Shown: in pieces, positions 26,983-37,364 of the stretch | Numbering within the stretch: position 1 is the first letter of the stretch | Layout: each line of letters opens with the position of its first letter | IMG/VR virus record: IMGVR_UViG_3300025121_000062 | Coordinates: 1-56,730 of that record | DNA length: 56,730 nt | Strand: one strand, 5' to 3' | Source: a virus | Lineage: Duplodnaviria; Caudoviricetes | The notes under the pieces: generated by a model | The model's database searches: none | Seen by the model: only the letters and a program-made list of their open reading frames with translations | Told to the model about the DNA's origin: nothing | Position numbers and translations under genes: made by a program

Positions 26983-27477
26983 TTATACCGCGTCGGTGCA
27001 AACTTGAATGTCCTTGCTGGCCAAATTGTAATATATCGCCCCCTCCGCCACAGACAAGGCTGCTACTGCTGGCGTAAGAATCAAACCCTCGAACGCCAAT
27101 GGTTCTGCTACAGCCTCCCAAACCCCCGATACTGCGTTGTATCTTGGGATGTCACCAGTCGTTACCCCTGCAGGTAAGTGGTAGTGCTGCCCAGCGGCGC
27201 CGCCTTGTAGATTGGTCAGCAGCGAGTGATCTCCCACCCCCGGCGGTCCTGCAGCGCCTGCCGCACCGGGCGGCCCAGCCTCCCCCACCGTAACGATCTG
27301 GATGTCACGAACCTCGTCTACTACGTGTACATCTTCCTCAATCGTGACGACCTCGACCGCCGGCGACTCAATGACGACCGGCTGCGCGGATGTCTCCGTC
27401 AGCACCTGAATGTCGGGCAGCGGGACCGCAATGACCTGCGGGTCGCTGGCTACCACGATCTGAAGGTCATCAGCCAT
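26983..27477 (-). CDS. proximal fibre protein with short collagen-like segment
   Basis: Acidic Val/Ile N-terminus, GEAGPPGAAGAAGPPG, DHSLLTNL..HYHL, GAIYYN C-terminal module. Confidence 0.7.
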   Translation of the reverse strand: MADDLQIVVASDPQVIAVPLPDIQVLTETSAQPVVIESPAVEVVTIEEDVHVVDEVRDIQIVTVGEAGPPGAAGAAGPPGVGDHSLLTNLQGGAAGQHYHLPAGVTTGDIPRYNAVSGVWEAVAEPLAFEGLILTPAVAALSVAEGAIYYNLASKDIQVCTDAV

Positions 27478-28074
27478 TTAGTACGTCACCTCGTCTGCTA
27501 CGACCACGTTGCCGCTCAGCAGCTTCGTGACGACGGGCACTACCGCCCCTGAGACCAGTTCGAGATCATAGACGCCAGCAGAGAACGTGTACGCTGCCGT
27601 GTCCGCCGCCGGGATCGTGACGGTGATCGTGTGATTCGTATCGTCGAGCACAATCTCGGCCGAGGATGTCAACGACGCCAGAACGGTAGTATCCGACGCG
27701 GTCGCACGGATCTTCATCCGGGCACTGAACCCGGACAAGCTGACTGGCGTGTAAGAACACAGCACGCCGCCGGAGGTGTACGCCGAGAACTCGGAGCTGT
27801 CGATATCGTTGAAGTTGACCTGCGTCGAGCCGACGAATGTGACCTTGTGGAAGTCACGCGCAGTCGGCGGGGCGTTCTTCGCGTTGATCTGGCGCATGCC
27901 TCCTGCCGACAGTATCGCCGCGCGCCAGCCGGTGACGAGCCCATGACCCGCCGCTGTAACGACCGCCGGCGCTGCCTTGCTGATCGCTGTGATGGGGGTA
28001 TATATGAATGGAAGCGACTCCCACCGGAGAACTCGGCTGAACGTGGAGCCCTTGATAATCGTGATGTCGGTCAT
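27478..28074 (-). CDS. tail fibre attachment / adaptor protein
   Basis: I.KGSTF...LSGFSARMKIR...GVYDLEL...LL.G.V (BppU-like) with an inserted ITAISKAAPAVVTAAGHGL domain. Confidence 0.65.
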   Translation of the reverse strand: MTDITIIKGSTFSRVLRWESLPFIYTPITAISKAAPAVVTAAGHGLVTGWRAAILSAGGMRQINAKNAPPTARDFHKVTFVGSTQVNFNDIDSSEFSAYTSGGVLCSYTPVSLSGFSARMKIRATASDTTVLASLTSSAEIVLDDTNHTITVTIPAADTAAYTFSAGVYDLELVSGAVVPVVTKLLSGNVVVADEVTY

Positions 28075-28087
28075 GAGAGTAAGCCCT

Positions 28088-31000
28088 TCATTCTATTATA
28101 TCCCTAAATTCGCCCTGCATCCGGCGACTGAGCATCATCTGCGCCCGGCGGTCGAGCGGCACGTTGGCCAACTGGATGGCCCTCCGGATCGCTGCGGGGT
28201 TGGGCACGAGGGGCATATTTGGGTACTGCGCGTTCCACTTGCGCGCGAACTCTGTGATCTCCTGCTGCTTCGCGGTGTCGCCGTCGCGGTAGGCTCGCAC
28301 CAGTTGCTCCTGCATGTCCTGGCTGACCTGCGTATGGAACGCCTTGGTCTGCACCACGATGGAGTTGTGGTCCTGCATGTTGGTCACCTTGGCCGACGAC
28401 AGCCCAGTGAGTTGGAGCAGGCCATCCAGCGTCGAGACATCGGCGACCTTGCGCCCCTTGGTGTCGGAGGCATACCCGCTGCTCAACTGCTCGGCGCCCT
28501 TGACAAGGTTGCGCAGTGCTATCGGGCCGCCGCCCCGCACGGCGTCCGCCGCCTTCGTCCAGTCGCCTGTTGCGACGCCGGACACGAAGCCGCCGACGTT
28601 GGACATCGTGGCCTTCACCATCGAGAACGGGGCACCGGCCATCTCGGACAGCACGCGCTCCGGCGCGGTGTCGGCGGTGCCGATGCGCGTACCAGGCAGC
28701 AAGCCGCTGGACACGCGGGTTGCGATGCCGACACCCGTGATCTCGTTGACCAGCCCGCGCATCACGGCGTCGGACAGGTCGGCCACGCCAATGGCGTCAG
28801 AAGCCGACTTGATGACGTTGCGCATCGCACGCCGACTGTTGAATGGCGAGCCGAACAGTTGCTGCGAAATGACATCGATCAGGTTCAGCAGTTCCTCGGC
28901 GAAGGGCAGCCCCTGCACGCCGGCCATGGCGGTGAGGCCCAGCAGCATGTACACCGCGCTCTTGGGGCTCTGCTTGTGCATCAGCGACACGGCTTCGATG
29001 ATGAACAGCGGGAACGACTTGAACTGGAACATCAGCGCACCGACCGGGTTGTTCATGATGCCGGGCCTGTTACTGACGTTGTAGTTGTTCTGCGTCGCAT
29101 CCACGACGTTGCTGGCGAAGCGGAACAGCGCCTGGTCAGTGAGCCCCTTGGCCGCGCCGACCTTGTACGCCGACATGAACGAGGCCAGCCGGTTGGTCTG
29201 TTCGGCCATGCGGAACGGTGCCATCCATGCTTCGGCGGCGCGCTGCAGGTTGCGACTCTTGGAGTAGAGCGTGCCCTGTGAGATGCCGAGCATCATGTGG
29301 ATCTCGGTATCGAAGATGTGATCCGCCGCGGCGACGATGGCGGCACGCATCTCCTTGGTGATGCCAGCGGCGTCGAGCTTGGCAGCGGTCTCGGCGTCCG
29401 GGTTCTTCATCCGGTCCATGTCGCGCAGGATGTTGTAGTGCTGCCACGAATCCTTCCACGATTTGAGCGCTGTCGTGGTCGCGTTGATGTAGTCCGTGTG
29501 CATGGACAGGTGCGGTACCAGCAGCATGGGGATCGACATCGCATTCACTGCGGCGCCGGAGATGGACCCGCCGATGAAGTACATCACGCCCATGGTGCGC
29601 AGCTTGGTCGCCCACGCGCTCTGCCGGTTCGGCACCAGTACGGCGTCGGCCAGCGCGTTGGCGCGGTCCTTGTGGAAGCCGGACATCGGGCCTTCGCGCT
29701 TCCACAGGTTGTTCTCTACCCCGTCCTCGCGCGTGCCGAACGACTCGCCGATCGTGATGACGGGCTCGCTCGTCACCGAGTTCACATCCGCCGTGACTTC
29801 GGCACCGTCGAGCGCGGCATCGAGCACCGGGGCGAACCGGGCATAAGCGATCTCGTTGGTCGTGTTCACGCCGAACTCATGCAGCACGCGCATGCTGTCG
29901 GTGGAGAAGCCTGCCAGCCCCTCGCGGCGCATCATCTGGGTGCGCACGATCGAGTCGGCGTTGGTCATGGCGACGACCAAACGCTCGCGTTCGGCCTGCG
30001 AGATGTCGATGCCCTGCCGACGCAGCGTGCCGAGGAACTGTTCCAGCGAGACCCCGCTGTCGCGTTCGTTCTTGCTGCGGCGGCCCAGCTCCACCTTCAG
30101 CGCCACGCCGGACCGTTCGATCTCGCGGGCGTAGGCAACGGACGCGGCCTTGGCGGCGCTGGGCGAGTTGAAGAACTCCAGCCCGGCCTTGACCCGCGTG
30201 CCGTCGGGCGACTCCATGAACACCGCCACGCTGTAGTCGCCGTAGCGGCGCAGCGGGACGTAACCGGTGTCGAGCAGCGAATCCACCTGCTCCTGCCGGT
30301 TGGCCAGCCACTTCTCATACTCGCCCGGCGTGGTGAGCTGGCGCCTGCGTGTTTCCTTCTGGCTGTCGAACTGGCGCTGAAGCACGCCGGCGATCATGCC
30401 TGTGGCCTGGTCGTAGAGGGTGCGCTGTGTGGGGGTGAGCGTGTTGAGCAGATCGGCCAGTTCGAGCGACTGCCTCGAATACTTCTCGACTGTGCGCTTG
30501 AGCATCACGTCGAACGCGGCTTTGCGGTCGGCGTCGCTGGCCTTGTACCAGCTGGGTAGCTTCTCACGCACCAGTTGCTCGTTCAGTATCTTGCCGTAGC
30601 GGATGTAGGTGTTGAACGCCTGATAGACGTTCTTGAACGCCGCGCTGGTCGCCGAGATGTAGTTCGGCGTCGACACATTGTTCGTCCACCAGCGACCCAG
30701 CCCGCCGGCGAAGTCATCCTTGGCGATGCCCAACAGCCGGGTCAGCAGGTCGCTCGGCACCTTCGCGTGCTGAATGATCTTCGCGTACTGCTCGCCCATC
30801 TGCATGGCTTCCAGATCCCCATCAGCCTTGCGGTTGTCCATCTCGACGGCGGCGCGGGAGAAGAGCGGCAGTCCGTTCGCTGCGTGTTCGGCCAGGGCAG
30901 GACTGATGGTGAAGCCGGGTTGACCCGTCGGCTCAATGGAGGTATTCTCATATGGGTCTATGAGGCTCGTATCGTATACGCCGTGCTGTATCGGGAGAAT

Positions 31001-34000
31001 TACTTCCCCAACCTTCCCCCCGCCGAGCTTGCGCAGTATCTCGTTGGCTACGCTCGGGACGATCTTGTCGTAGTAGCCCTTCATCCCCTCGCCGCCGACT
31101 CGCAACGCGAGCCCCTTCAATTCGTGGTTGCCAGCACCATTCAATTCCGTTGCGAGTAGCTTCTTCGCAGCGTCCTTGCCGACGTAATCCTCGATTTTCT
31201 CAGGGGGTACGTTTTGTTCCTTCAGAACCTGCTGGTCGCCCTTGCGCGCTGACAACTGCTTGTTGTAGGGGTCGTAGTGCAGCGAGTCGATGTGCTTACT
31301 CAAATCATACCGCTCCGCCTGCTGCTCGCCCGTCGTCCATGCGATCTTGTCGAAGCCGTTTTCAGCCGCGTAGCGGATCATCCGCTTGAGGGCGAGCGCG
31401 GTCCATGCTTCGGTCTTGCCGACGAAGGGGGCGGAGGGAACCATATTGCCGTGTAGCCCGCCGCTCAAGTGCCCCCGGTCGCGGCCCGCAACCAGTCTCA
31501 GTTCGAACTGGCTCGGGGTGATCCATAGCCCGCCCACGTCAAACTTCTCTCCCTGTACGGCTTGCACTTTCCCCCACCCAATTATTTCATCGCCGACAAC
31601 TATGTCTGCATACGTTGCGGGCTTGTTGGATAGTTTGCTATCGCTACGGAACCCCTCCTTCCTTCCCTTCTGCGCCCAGTCGCTCTGAAGTTCTTCCAAG
31701 AACAACACGCGCTTGCCGTCAGCGTCGGTGCGCTCGTTGAAGCGGACGTGTGCGAGGATGTTGGGCTGGTCGTAGTGGGGGGAGGTGAAAGTCTGCGCAC
31801 GCTCGCCAGCATTATTCGATTGGTACCTCGTGGCCTCTGCAATTGCCCCGGCTTCGGTTGTTGCATCTACCGCCCATTCACGCCCTGAAACTTCATCGCG
31901 GACACCCCACTCACCGTCTTCGCGGCGGGCTGCCCACTTAGGAGCGATGTCGTTGGGCGGCAACGTCAGCAGCAACTCGCGGTAATTCCCGCCGCCGGGC
32001 AGTTGGTAGCCAGAGAATTTGGTTTTGTTATCCGCTTGTTCTACGCTCGCGTAATACTCCTCCCACTCTTTCGCCAGTACTCGCGCCTGATCGGTGGATA
32101 GGGTGTTCCCGGAGGCGTCTGTCCACTTCGCACGGTCGTTATCAACATCCTCGCGGTAGGTAGATTGCGAGCTAGTCACAGATTGTTCCGCGTCGATCTG
32201 GATGGGGTTGTAGTTGCCCGTGCTGTGCACGAACCACAGCTGCGATGCTGGCCGGGGTAGCCCATCACCCAACACCACTTCCTCAACCCGCACCCCGTTC
32301 TCGCCGAGGAACGCCATCACCTGATCCTTGGTGACCTTGCCCTGCTGGAGGTTGAGCCAGTCGTTCAGCCCCACGGCGTCGAGTTCGACTTGCCTGGCCT
32401 TGCCGTTGCTGATCAGCCCCTTGATCTGGTCCTTCCACCCTTGCGCGCTGGCCTGCTTGCTGGCGATGCTGCCGACCGCTTCGGTCAGGGCGGAGCGGTA
32501 CCAGGACTGGCCGCCTGCGCCGGAGAACCTGATGTCAGGGTTGCTGGGGTCGAACGCGCCGGTGTTGCCGATAGCGGACTTGATTTGGGTGGGGGAGAAG
32601 GCGACGTATCGATCACCAGACCCTTCAACCCCTGTAGTCGGAGGCAACAAAACCCCTACGCGTCCGAGCACTCCGCGCATAGATGCCGGAACCTTGGCAA
32701 TCTCGTTCCGCACCACTCTTGGAACTACAATTCCGTCGTACCTGTCCTCAATCAGGGTATCGCGAAACTTACGTACCGCACCCCATTGAGCATTTTCGTC
32801 AAGTTTGGCCGTGGCCATCATTAGTTCGGTGAGCTTTGCGGCTGTCAGTCGATAAGGGTTCTGCACCGAAAGATATACCGGAATTACGTTTCCGCCTTCG
32901 TTACGCATATTGGCAAAAATGTTGGCTGATTGCGGGGATGCAGTGAACCAAAACCCCAACCCCGTTCCTCGGCCACGCCCTGTAGCCAGCCCAGATTTCG
33001 TATCGTCGAATTCGGTAACATCTGCATTTGTCCCATGGAATACCACCAACGGCTTGCCGTCCTTGTCCACCACCTTCGAGTCACCGAACCATTTCTTGAA
33101 CGCTGGGCTCTGAAGGTAGTCAGCCCCGCGCGACTCGTAACTCGCCCGGCCTTCCGGCGCGACCATCTCACGCTCCGCCATCTGACCGCGGTCCAGCGCG
33201 GTGAACACGTCCTCGACCGACTGAAAGCCCAACCCCTTGACCGCGTTGCTGATGCGCTCGAAGAACTGCTGGAGCTTCTGCCAGATCGCCGCGAGGTGCC
33301 CTTCGGCTTGCAGTTCGCCCCGCCGCCAGAACTCGAAGCCGTAGGCCCGCGCTTCGGCCGGGGTGCCGGTCACTTCGTCGGTCAGGCTGGTGCGGTTCTC
33401 GCGGTCGTACTGCTGGAGTTTCGACTTCAGCGCCTCGAACAGCGGGCGGCCGGGCTTCATGGCATTGTCAACGATTCGCCGCTCGGCGGTTGACAATAGC
33501 CAGTCCTCGGCGAAGTGGTAGCCCTCATGGTCGGCGACGCCGAGCAAGCTCTTGGCGTTGGTCGCCATGGCGATGACAGCCTTGAGCGGGCCGGTGCGGG
33601 TGTAGGAGCCGATGGGGCCGCCCGGCTCGGCGGCGAAGGTCATGACTTTCAGTTCGGGCCGGTCACCGATGATGCCCGCCAGTTGTGCGCGCAGGGCGAT
33701 GCCCTTCTCGCGGAAGATTCGGGCGTACTCGGTAGAGGCGGCTTCCTGCGCGGGTTCGGGGAGGGCGGCGAAGTCGTCTTGGGTTAGGGCGGCGTTGGAT
33801 TCGGATGGGGCTTGTGGGGTGTTCAGGTCACGCCATGCTGTGATGTTGCGGTCGTCGTAGTCTTGACCGAAGGCGACCTTGACTTGATTCGCCACGGTCT
33901 CGCGCTCGCCATCAATGACTATGGTGCCCTTGCCTAGCGCACGCCCAAACAACGCGCGTTGTTCGGCGGCGGACATCTTCCCTTTCCACCTGCCCAATAC

Positions 34001-36109
34001 TGTGCCTGTTTTCTCTTGGAGGAACATCGCTAGGCTGCCAGCATAGTCAACCGCCGCCCCGTCAGCGCCGACTTCTGTCGCCCCCTTCGAGAACCGTGTC
34101 GTGGTTTCTTGTTCGATATGCTTGGCAATTTCGCTCTGCACGTCCGCCGACACCTTACCGCCTATTCTGGTCTTCACCATCGCGGCAATCGCGCCGCCGC
34201 GCAAATCGGGGGGTAACGACCTTGCCGATGCTGTGATATCGGAAATCGCAGTGTCTATGCTCGCGGCGATTTTGAGTTTCCGCTCGGATGTTACGTTCTT
34301 CTTCGCTAACTCCTCAACGATATAGTCATGGACGTTCATAGCGGGCGCAGCAGCCGCCACCCCACGAGTTTGAGTTTCATGGGGTACGCCCCCAATGGCT
34401 GCCTGCACCCCCTTCACCGCACGGTCGATGTGCTCCGCTTCGGTCCGTGGCTTGGCTCGCGCGAATGCCTCGGCTATCGCAGTGGGGGTTTCGTCCGTGG
34501 CAACCGCCGCTGCGGCGATCTGCTGGTCTGGCGTGCGGCCAAGTTCTTCAGTACGTGCGGCAGCAATGGCGTCGAGGTCACGTTGCTTCTGTTGCCCGCG
34601 CTGCATCTCTGCGCGGCGGAACTCAACGTCGCGCGTTTCGCTTGTCGTGAAGTCAGCCAGTTCGGCGGCTTGCTGCACCGCGATGTCAGCAGGGCCGGCA
34701 CCAATGGGGTGATACGGCGTCGCGGGGGTTGGGTAGTCAAGGTCGGGGTATGTCAGTGGGGTCGGGTCGGCCGCGGGGGTGACTGCTGGCTGGAATGCCG
34801 ACCTTGCAGCCTCAAGCTGCGGGGTCAGTGTGTCGAGCGCGGTTCGGGCGGCGAACGCCTGACCGCCCAGTTCTTCGATCTTGGCCTTCGCAGCTTTGAC
34901 CTGTTCGGTTGCAGCCTTCTTGGCTTTCGTGATCTCACTCTTGGTGCGGCGCTCGCCGATGGGCAGCTTCGACTCATCATCGAGCGCGGCGCGGGCGCCG
35001 ACCAGTGCATCGTGCGCCTGCTGCGCCTGCGCGACGGCTGCGCCCAGCGTGGAAAGCTGCTCCGTCGCCGCCGCGTGCTGCGCTGTGAGGTCAGCGTGCA
35101 GGGTTTCGGGTGTACTAGTTTCTGGCACGATCGTACCCGAATCAGGTACGATCGGTCCCAAATCAGGGGCGGTTGTTCTCGTTTCTGCTTCGTTCGTTCT
35201 CAAATCTGCTACAGGGGCCGTCGCGCCACGAACCCCACCAACCGGGCCGCCGATCATTCCGCCGCCGATCATGCCGGTCAGCGTCGCGTTGATGTACTCC
35301 GATATCGCATCCGGACTGCTGATGTCCTGTCCGGCAGCCGCGCGTTCGATGAATGTCTGTGTCAGTTCCTGCACACCCTCGGCACCGGCAACCTTGCCGC
35401 CAGTCACCACGGCGCCCAACGCGGAGGACTTCAGCGCGCCGCCTAGGGTGCCAGCGCGCGTCGCGGCCCTGCCGGCGGGCATGAGCGCGCGCACGGCGGC
35501 GGGGATGGTGAGGAAGTCGATCGCTGCCGCGCCCGCGCCGCCGGCAACGGATCGCAGCGCGGGGTTCTCGACGCCGGTCTGCAGGGCTTCGGGGTAGATG
35601 CTACCTGCCTCCACAGCGAAGTCGGGAGCAACGGCACCGACCAGTGCGCCGGTTTTTATCGCAGCGGCACGGGCGGCTACTGTCATGGCACCCGCCCTGA
35701 GCGCACCGAGCCCTGCGCCAACCGCGCCGCCGGCTACCATCGTAGCGAGCGACGGAACTATGGACCCTGCGGCGTACTTGATGAACTCGCCGGCGCGCGA
35801 CGGGTCCGCAACCACGTCTTCGTAGGTGACTGCCCCCTGTGCAGCGATCTCATTCTGCGCGGCGACGTTCTTCAGCGCGGCGGCTTCGAGTCCGGTGGTG
35901 ATAGGCGCGGCGGCTGCCGGCAGCGCGTTCGTGGCGCCGCGGGCGGCGAGCGCACCGAAACCATACAGGCTCGACTTCACGCCGGCCACGCCTGACTTCA
36001 CGCCGCGGGCGAAGGGGCCGGGCGGCGGCATGTCCGTCAGTTGCGCCTGCGAGATGTCGTATTCTGGCGGCACCAGCGGTTGTGCCTGCGAGAGATCGAA
36101 CTCGGCCAT
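28088..36109 (-). CDS. giant polyvalent internal virion (ejection) protein
   Basis: 2673 aa; HEGYH metallopeptidase-like motif; ART-PolyVal-like FKKWFGDSKVVD..G.PLVVFHGT...QIKSA.GN.G.FD; EELQSDW domain; YVPLRRYG (PLxRFG-like). Confidence 0.85.
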   Translation of the reverse strand: MAEFDLSQAQPLVPPEYDISQAQLTDMPPPGPFARGVKSGVAGVKSSLYGFGALAARGATNALPAAAAPITTGLEAAALKNVAAQNEIAAQGAVTYEDVVADPSRAGEFIKYAAGSIVPSLATMVAGGAVGAGLGALRAGAMTVAARAAAIKTGALVGAVAPDFAVEAGSIYPEALQTGVENPALRSVAGGAGAAAIDFLTIPAAVRALMPAGRAATRAGTLGGALKSSALGAVVTGGKVAGAEGVQELTQTFIERAAAGQDISSPDAISEYINATLTGMIGGGMIGGPVGGVRGATAPVADLRTNEAETRTTAPDLGPIVPDSGTIVPETSTPETLHADLTAQHAAATEQLSTLGAAVAQAQQAHDALVGARAALDDESKLPIGERRTKSEITKAKKAATEQVKAAKAKIEELGGQAFAARTALDTLTPQLEAARSAFQPAVTPAADPTPLTYPDLDYPTPATPYHPIGAGPADIAVQQAAELADFTTSETRDVEFRRAEMQRGQQKQRDLDAIAAARTEELGRTPDQQIAAAAVATDETPTAIAEAFARAKPRTEAEHIDRAVKGVQAAIGGVPHETQTRGVAAAAPAMNVHDYIVEELAKKNVTSERKLKIAASIDTAISDITASARSLPPDLRGGAIAAMVKTRIGGKVSADVQSEIAKHIEQETTTRFSKGATEVGADGAAVDYAGSLAMFLQEKTGTVLGRWKGKMSAAEQRALFGRALGKGTIVIDGERETVANQVKVAFGQDYDDRNITAWRDLNTPQAPSESNAALTQDDFAALPEPAQEAASTEYARIFREKGIALRAQLAGIIGDRPELKVMTFAAEPGGPIGSYTRTGPLKAVIAMATNAKSLLGVADHEGYHFAEDWLLSTAERRIVDNAMKPGRPLFEALKSKLQQYDRENRTSLTDEVTGTPAEARAYGFEFWRRGELQAEGHLAAIWQKLQQFFERISNAVKGLGFQSVEDVFTALDRGQMAEREMVAPEGRASYESRGADYLQSPAFKKWFGDSKVVDKDGKPLVVFHGTNADVTEFDDTKSGLATGRGRGTGLGFWFTASPQSANIFANMRNEGGNVIPVYLSVQNPYRLTAAKLTELMMATAKLDENAQWGAVRKFRDTLIEDRYDGIVVPRVVRNEIAKVPASMRGVLGRVGVLLPPTTGVEGSGDRYVAFSPTQIKSAIGNTGAFDPSNPDIRFSGAGGQSWYRSALTEAVGSIASKQASAQGWKDQIKGLISNGKARQVELDAVGLNDWLNLQQGKVTKDQVMAFLGENGVRVEEVVLGDGLPRPASQLWFVHSTGNYNPIQIDAEQSVTSSQSTYREDVDNDRAKWTDASGNTLSTDQARVLAKEWEEYYASVEQADNKTKFSGYQLPGGGNYRELLLTLPPNDIAPKWAARREDGEWGVRDEVSGREWAVDATTEAGAIAEATRYQSNNAGERAQTFTSPHYDQPNILAHVRFNERTDADGKRVLFLEELQSDWAQKGRKEGFRSDSKLSNKPATYADIVVGDEIIGWGKVQAVQGEKFDVGGLWITPSQFELRLVAGRDRGHLSGGLHGNMVPSAPFVGKTEAWTALALKRMIRYAAENGFDKIAWTTGEQQAERYDLSKHIDSLHYDPYNKQLSARKGDQQVLKEQNVPPEKIEDYVGKDAAKKLLATELNGAGNHELKGLALRVGGEGMKGYYDKIVPSVANEILRKLGGGKVGEVILPIQHGVYDTSLIDPYENTSIEPTGQPGFTISPALAEHAANGLPLFSRAAVEMDNRKADGDLEAMQMGEQYAKIIQHAKVPSDLLTRLLGIAKDDFAGGLGRWWTNNVSTPNYISATSAAFKNVYQAFNTYIRYGKILNEQLVREKLPSWYKASDADRKAAFDVMLKRTVEKYSRQSLELADLLNTLTPTQRTLYDQATGMIAGVLQRQFDSQKETRRRQLTTPGEYEKWLANRQEQVDSLLDTGYVPLRRYGDYSVAVFMESPDGTRVKAGLEFFNSPSAAKAASVAYAREIERSGVALKVELGRRSKNERDSGVSLEQFLGTLRRQGIDISQAERERLVVAMTNADSIVRTQMMRREGLAGFSTDSMRVLHEFGVNTTNEIAYARFAPVLDAALDGAEVTADVNSVTSEPVITIGESFGTREDGVENNLWKREGPMSGFHKDRANALADAVLVPNRQSAWATKLRTMGVMYFIGGSISGAAVNAMSIPMLLVPHLSMHTDYINATTTALKSWKDSWQHYNILRDMDRMKNPDAETAAKLDAAGITKEMRAAIVAAADHIFDTEIHMMLGISQGTLYSKSRNLQRAAEAWMAPFRMAEQTNRLASFMSAYKVGAAKGLTDQALFRFASNVVDATQNNYNVSNRPGIMNNPVGALMFQFKSFPLFIIEAVSLMHKQSPKSAVYMLLGLTAMAGVQGLPFAEELLNLIDVISQQLFGSPFNSRRAMRNVIKSASDAIGVADLSDAVMRGLVNEITGVGIATRVSSGLLPGTRIGTADTAPERVLSEMAGAPFSMVKATMSNVGGFVSGVATGDWTKAADAVRGGGPIALRNLVKGAEQLSSGYASDTKGRKVADVSTLDGLLQLTGLSSAKVTNMQDHNSIVVQTKAFHTQVSQDMQEQLVRAYRDGDTAKQQEITEFARKWNAQYPNMPLVPNPAAIRRAIQLANVPLDRRAQMMLSRRMQGEFRDIIE

Positions 36110-36112
36110 AGT

Positions 36113-37354
36113 TTAATCAGGAACGAACTTGCCGCCGCGCATCGTTCCGGGAATGCGCTCCCCCTTCGCGTTCGGTACGGTGATCCGGTCGCCCTCTTTC
36201 GGGGTGAACGCTGGCGGCTTCGCTTGTTGGAGAGTCACATCACCCGTCTGTGCATTCCCCGCGAACACCTCTCCTGGGTTCATCCCTGGAACGAACCGGT
36301 AGGGTGCGTTCGCCCCCTGGGCATGACCAGTGAGGAGCGCGTTCCGTTCTTCTGGCGTCCTCGCCCCTCGTGCCGCTTCCAGGATGGCGCCCACCCGCGC
36401 AGCCTCGGCGGCATCCTTTGGCGATACCGCTTGCTTCGCAGTTGCTGCTGCCAGCGTCGCGTTGATCTTCTGCGCTTCCATATCGCGCGCAGCCTGGGCC
36501 TCGGCAGCAGCGGTATTCCGTGCCTCCTCAGTCGCCAGTTTCTTCTCGTTCATCGACGCACCGAAGAACGATGCGAGACTTCCGCCTGCCGCCTTGTTCT
36601 GGTAGGTGTCGCGCACCGGTGCAGGGGTCGCCATCGCGCCGAAGGCCGGCATGGTGCCGGGGCTGACAGCTCGCGCACCGCCTGCCGCAGCAGGGCCGGG
36701 CGGTGCGTTGGTGAGTACGAGGTTTCCATTGGCGTCGCGGCTGGAGGACACGCTGGGCGTCGCTGGACCAGCTTCGAGCTGCGCGCCGATGCCGGGGGAG
36801 GCGCCGTGTGGCGCGGCCCATGCACCATCAGCAACTTGTGAGGGGGCGTTCGCAGCGATGGCGTTGTCTGATTTACGCACATCGGCTTGGGTAGCCATAA
36901 CGGGCGCGGGCGTGATGGGAGATGCGGCAGCGAGGACCGCTCCGAACGATGGCGGTGCGCCGGGTGTAGCCCCAAAGAAATCCCCGCCGGACAGCGTCCT
37001 GCCAATGCGCGCGCCGAGCCCAGTCACGTCCGCGCCAGCGAGAATCTTCAGCGCCCGCTCGGGGCGGTTTTCCGGGGTGGCTCCGGCAGTTGTTGCTTCT
37101 GCCTGGTCGGCCATGCCGAACCCCATATCGCCAATAGCGAGCGCGGGAACCAGCCTCCCGCCGACCGCCTTGCCGACTGCCTTTCCTGCGCCATATGCCA
37201 CCCCCGTTGGTGCGGTCGGCGCCGCCATCTTAGCAGCCTTCAGTTCCTGCGCCCGCGCCCATGCCTCAGCGCCACGGCGGGTCTTTTCTGCGTCGGCACC
37301 AAACCCTTTGGTTTCTGTGGTGACCTGCGCGAGCGTGTCGAATATTCCTGCCAT
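36113..37354 (-). CDS. internal virion protein (putative)
   Basis: Ala/Gly-rich; position directly before the giant ejection protein. Confidence 0.65.
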   Translation of the reverse strand: MAGIFDTLAQVTTETKGFGADAEKTRRGAEAWARAQELKAAKMAAPTAPTGVAYGAGKAVGKAVGGRLVPALAIGDMGFGMADQAEATTAGATPENRPERALKILAGADVTGLGARIGRTLSGGDFFGATPGAPPSFGAVLAAASPITPAPVMATQADVRKSDNAIAANAPSQVADGAWAAPHGASPGIGAQLEAGPATPSVSSSRDANGNLVLTNAPPGPAAAGGARAVSPGTMPAFGAMATPAPVRDTYQNKAAGGSLASFFGASMNEKKLATEEARNTAAAEAQAARDMEAQKINATLAAATAKQAVSPKDAAEAARVGAILEAARGARTPEERNALLTGHAQGANAPYRFVPGMNPGEVFAGNAQTGDVTLQQAKPPAFTPKEGDRITVPNAKGERIPGTMRGGKFVPD

Positions 37355-37364
37355 CTCAATCTCC

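Noticed and set aside
23440-27477. Diversity-generating retroelement acting on fibre genes
   Set aside because: No reverse transcriptase and no TR/VR repeat pair seen in the window.
27977-30559. Long + strand ORFs (434 and 420 aa) and similar antisense ORFs across the late arm
   Set aside because: Shadows of GC3-rich genes on the opposite strand; no RBS or domain motifs.
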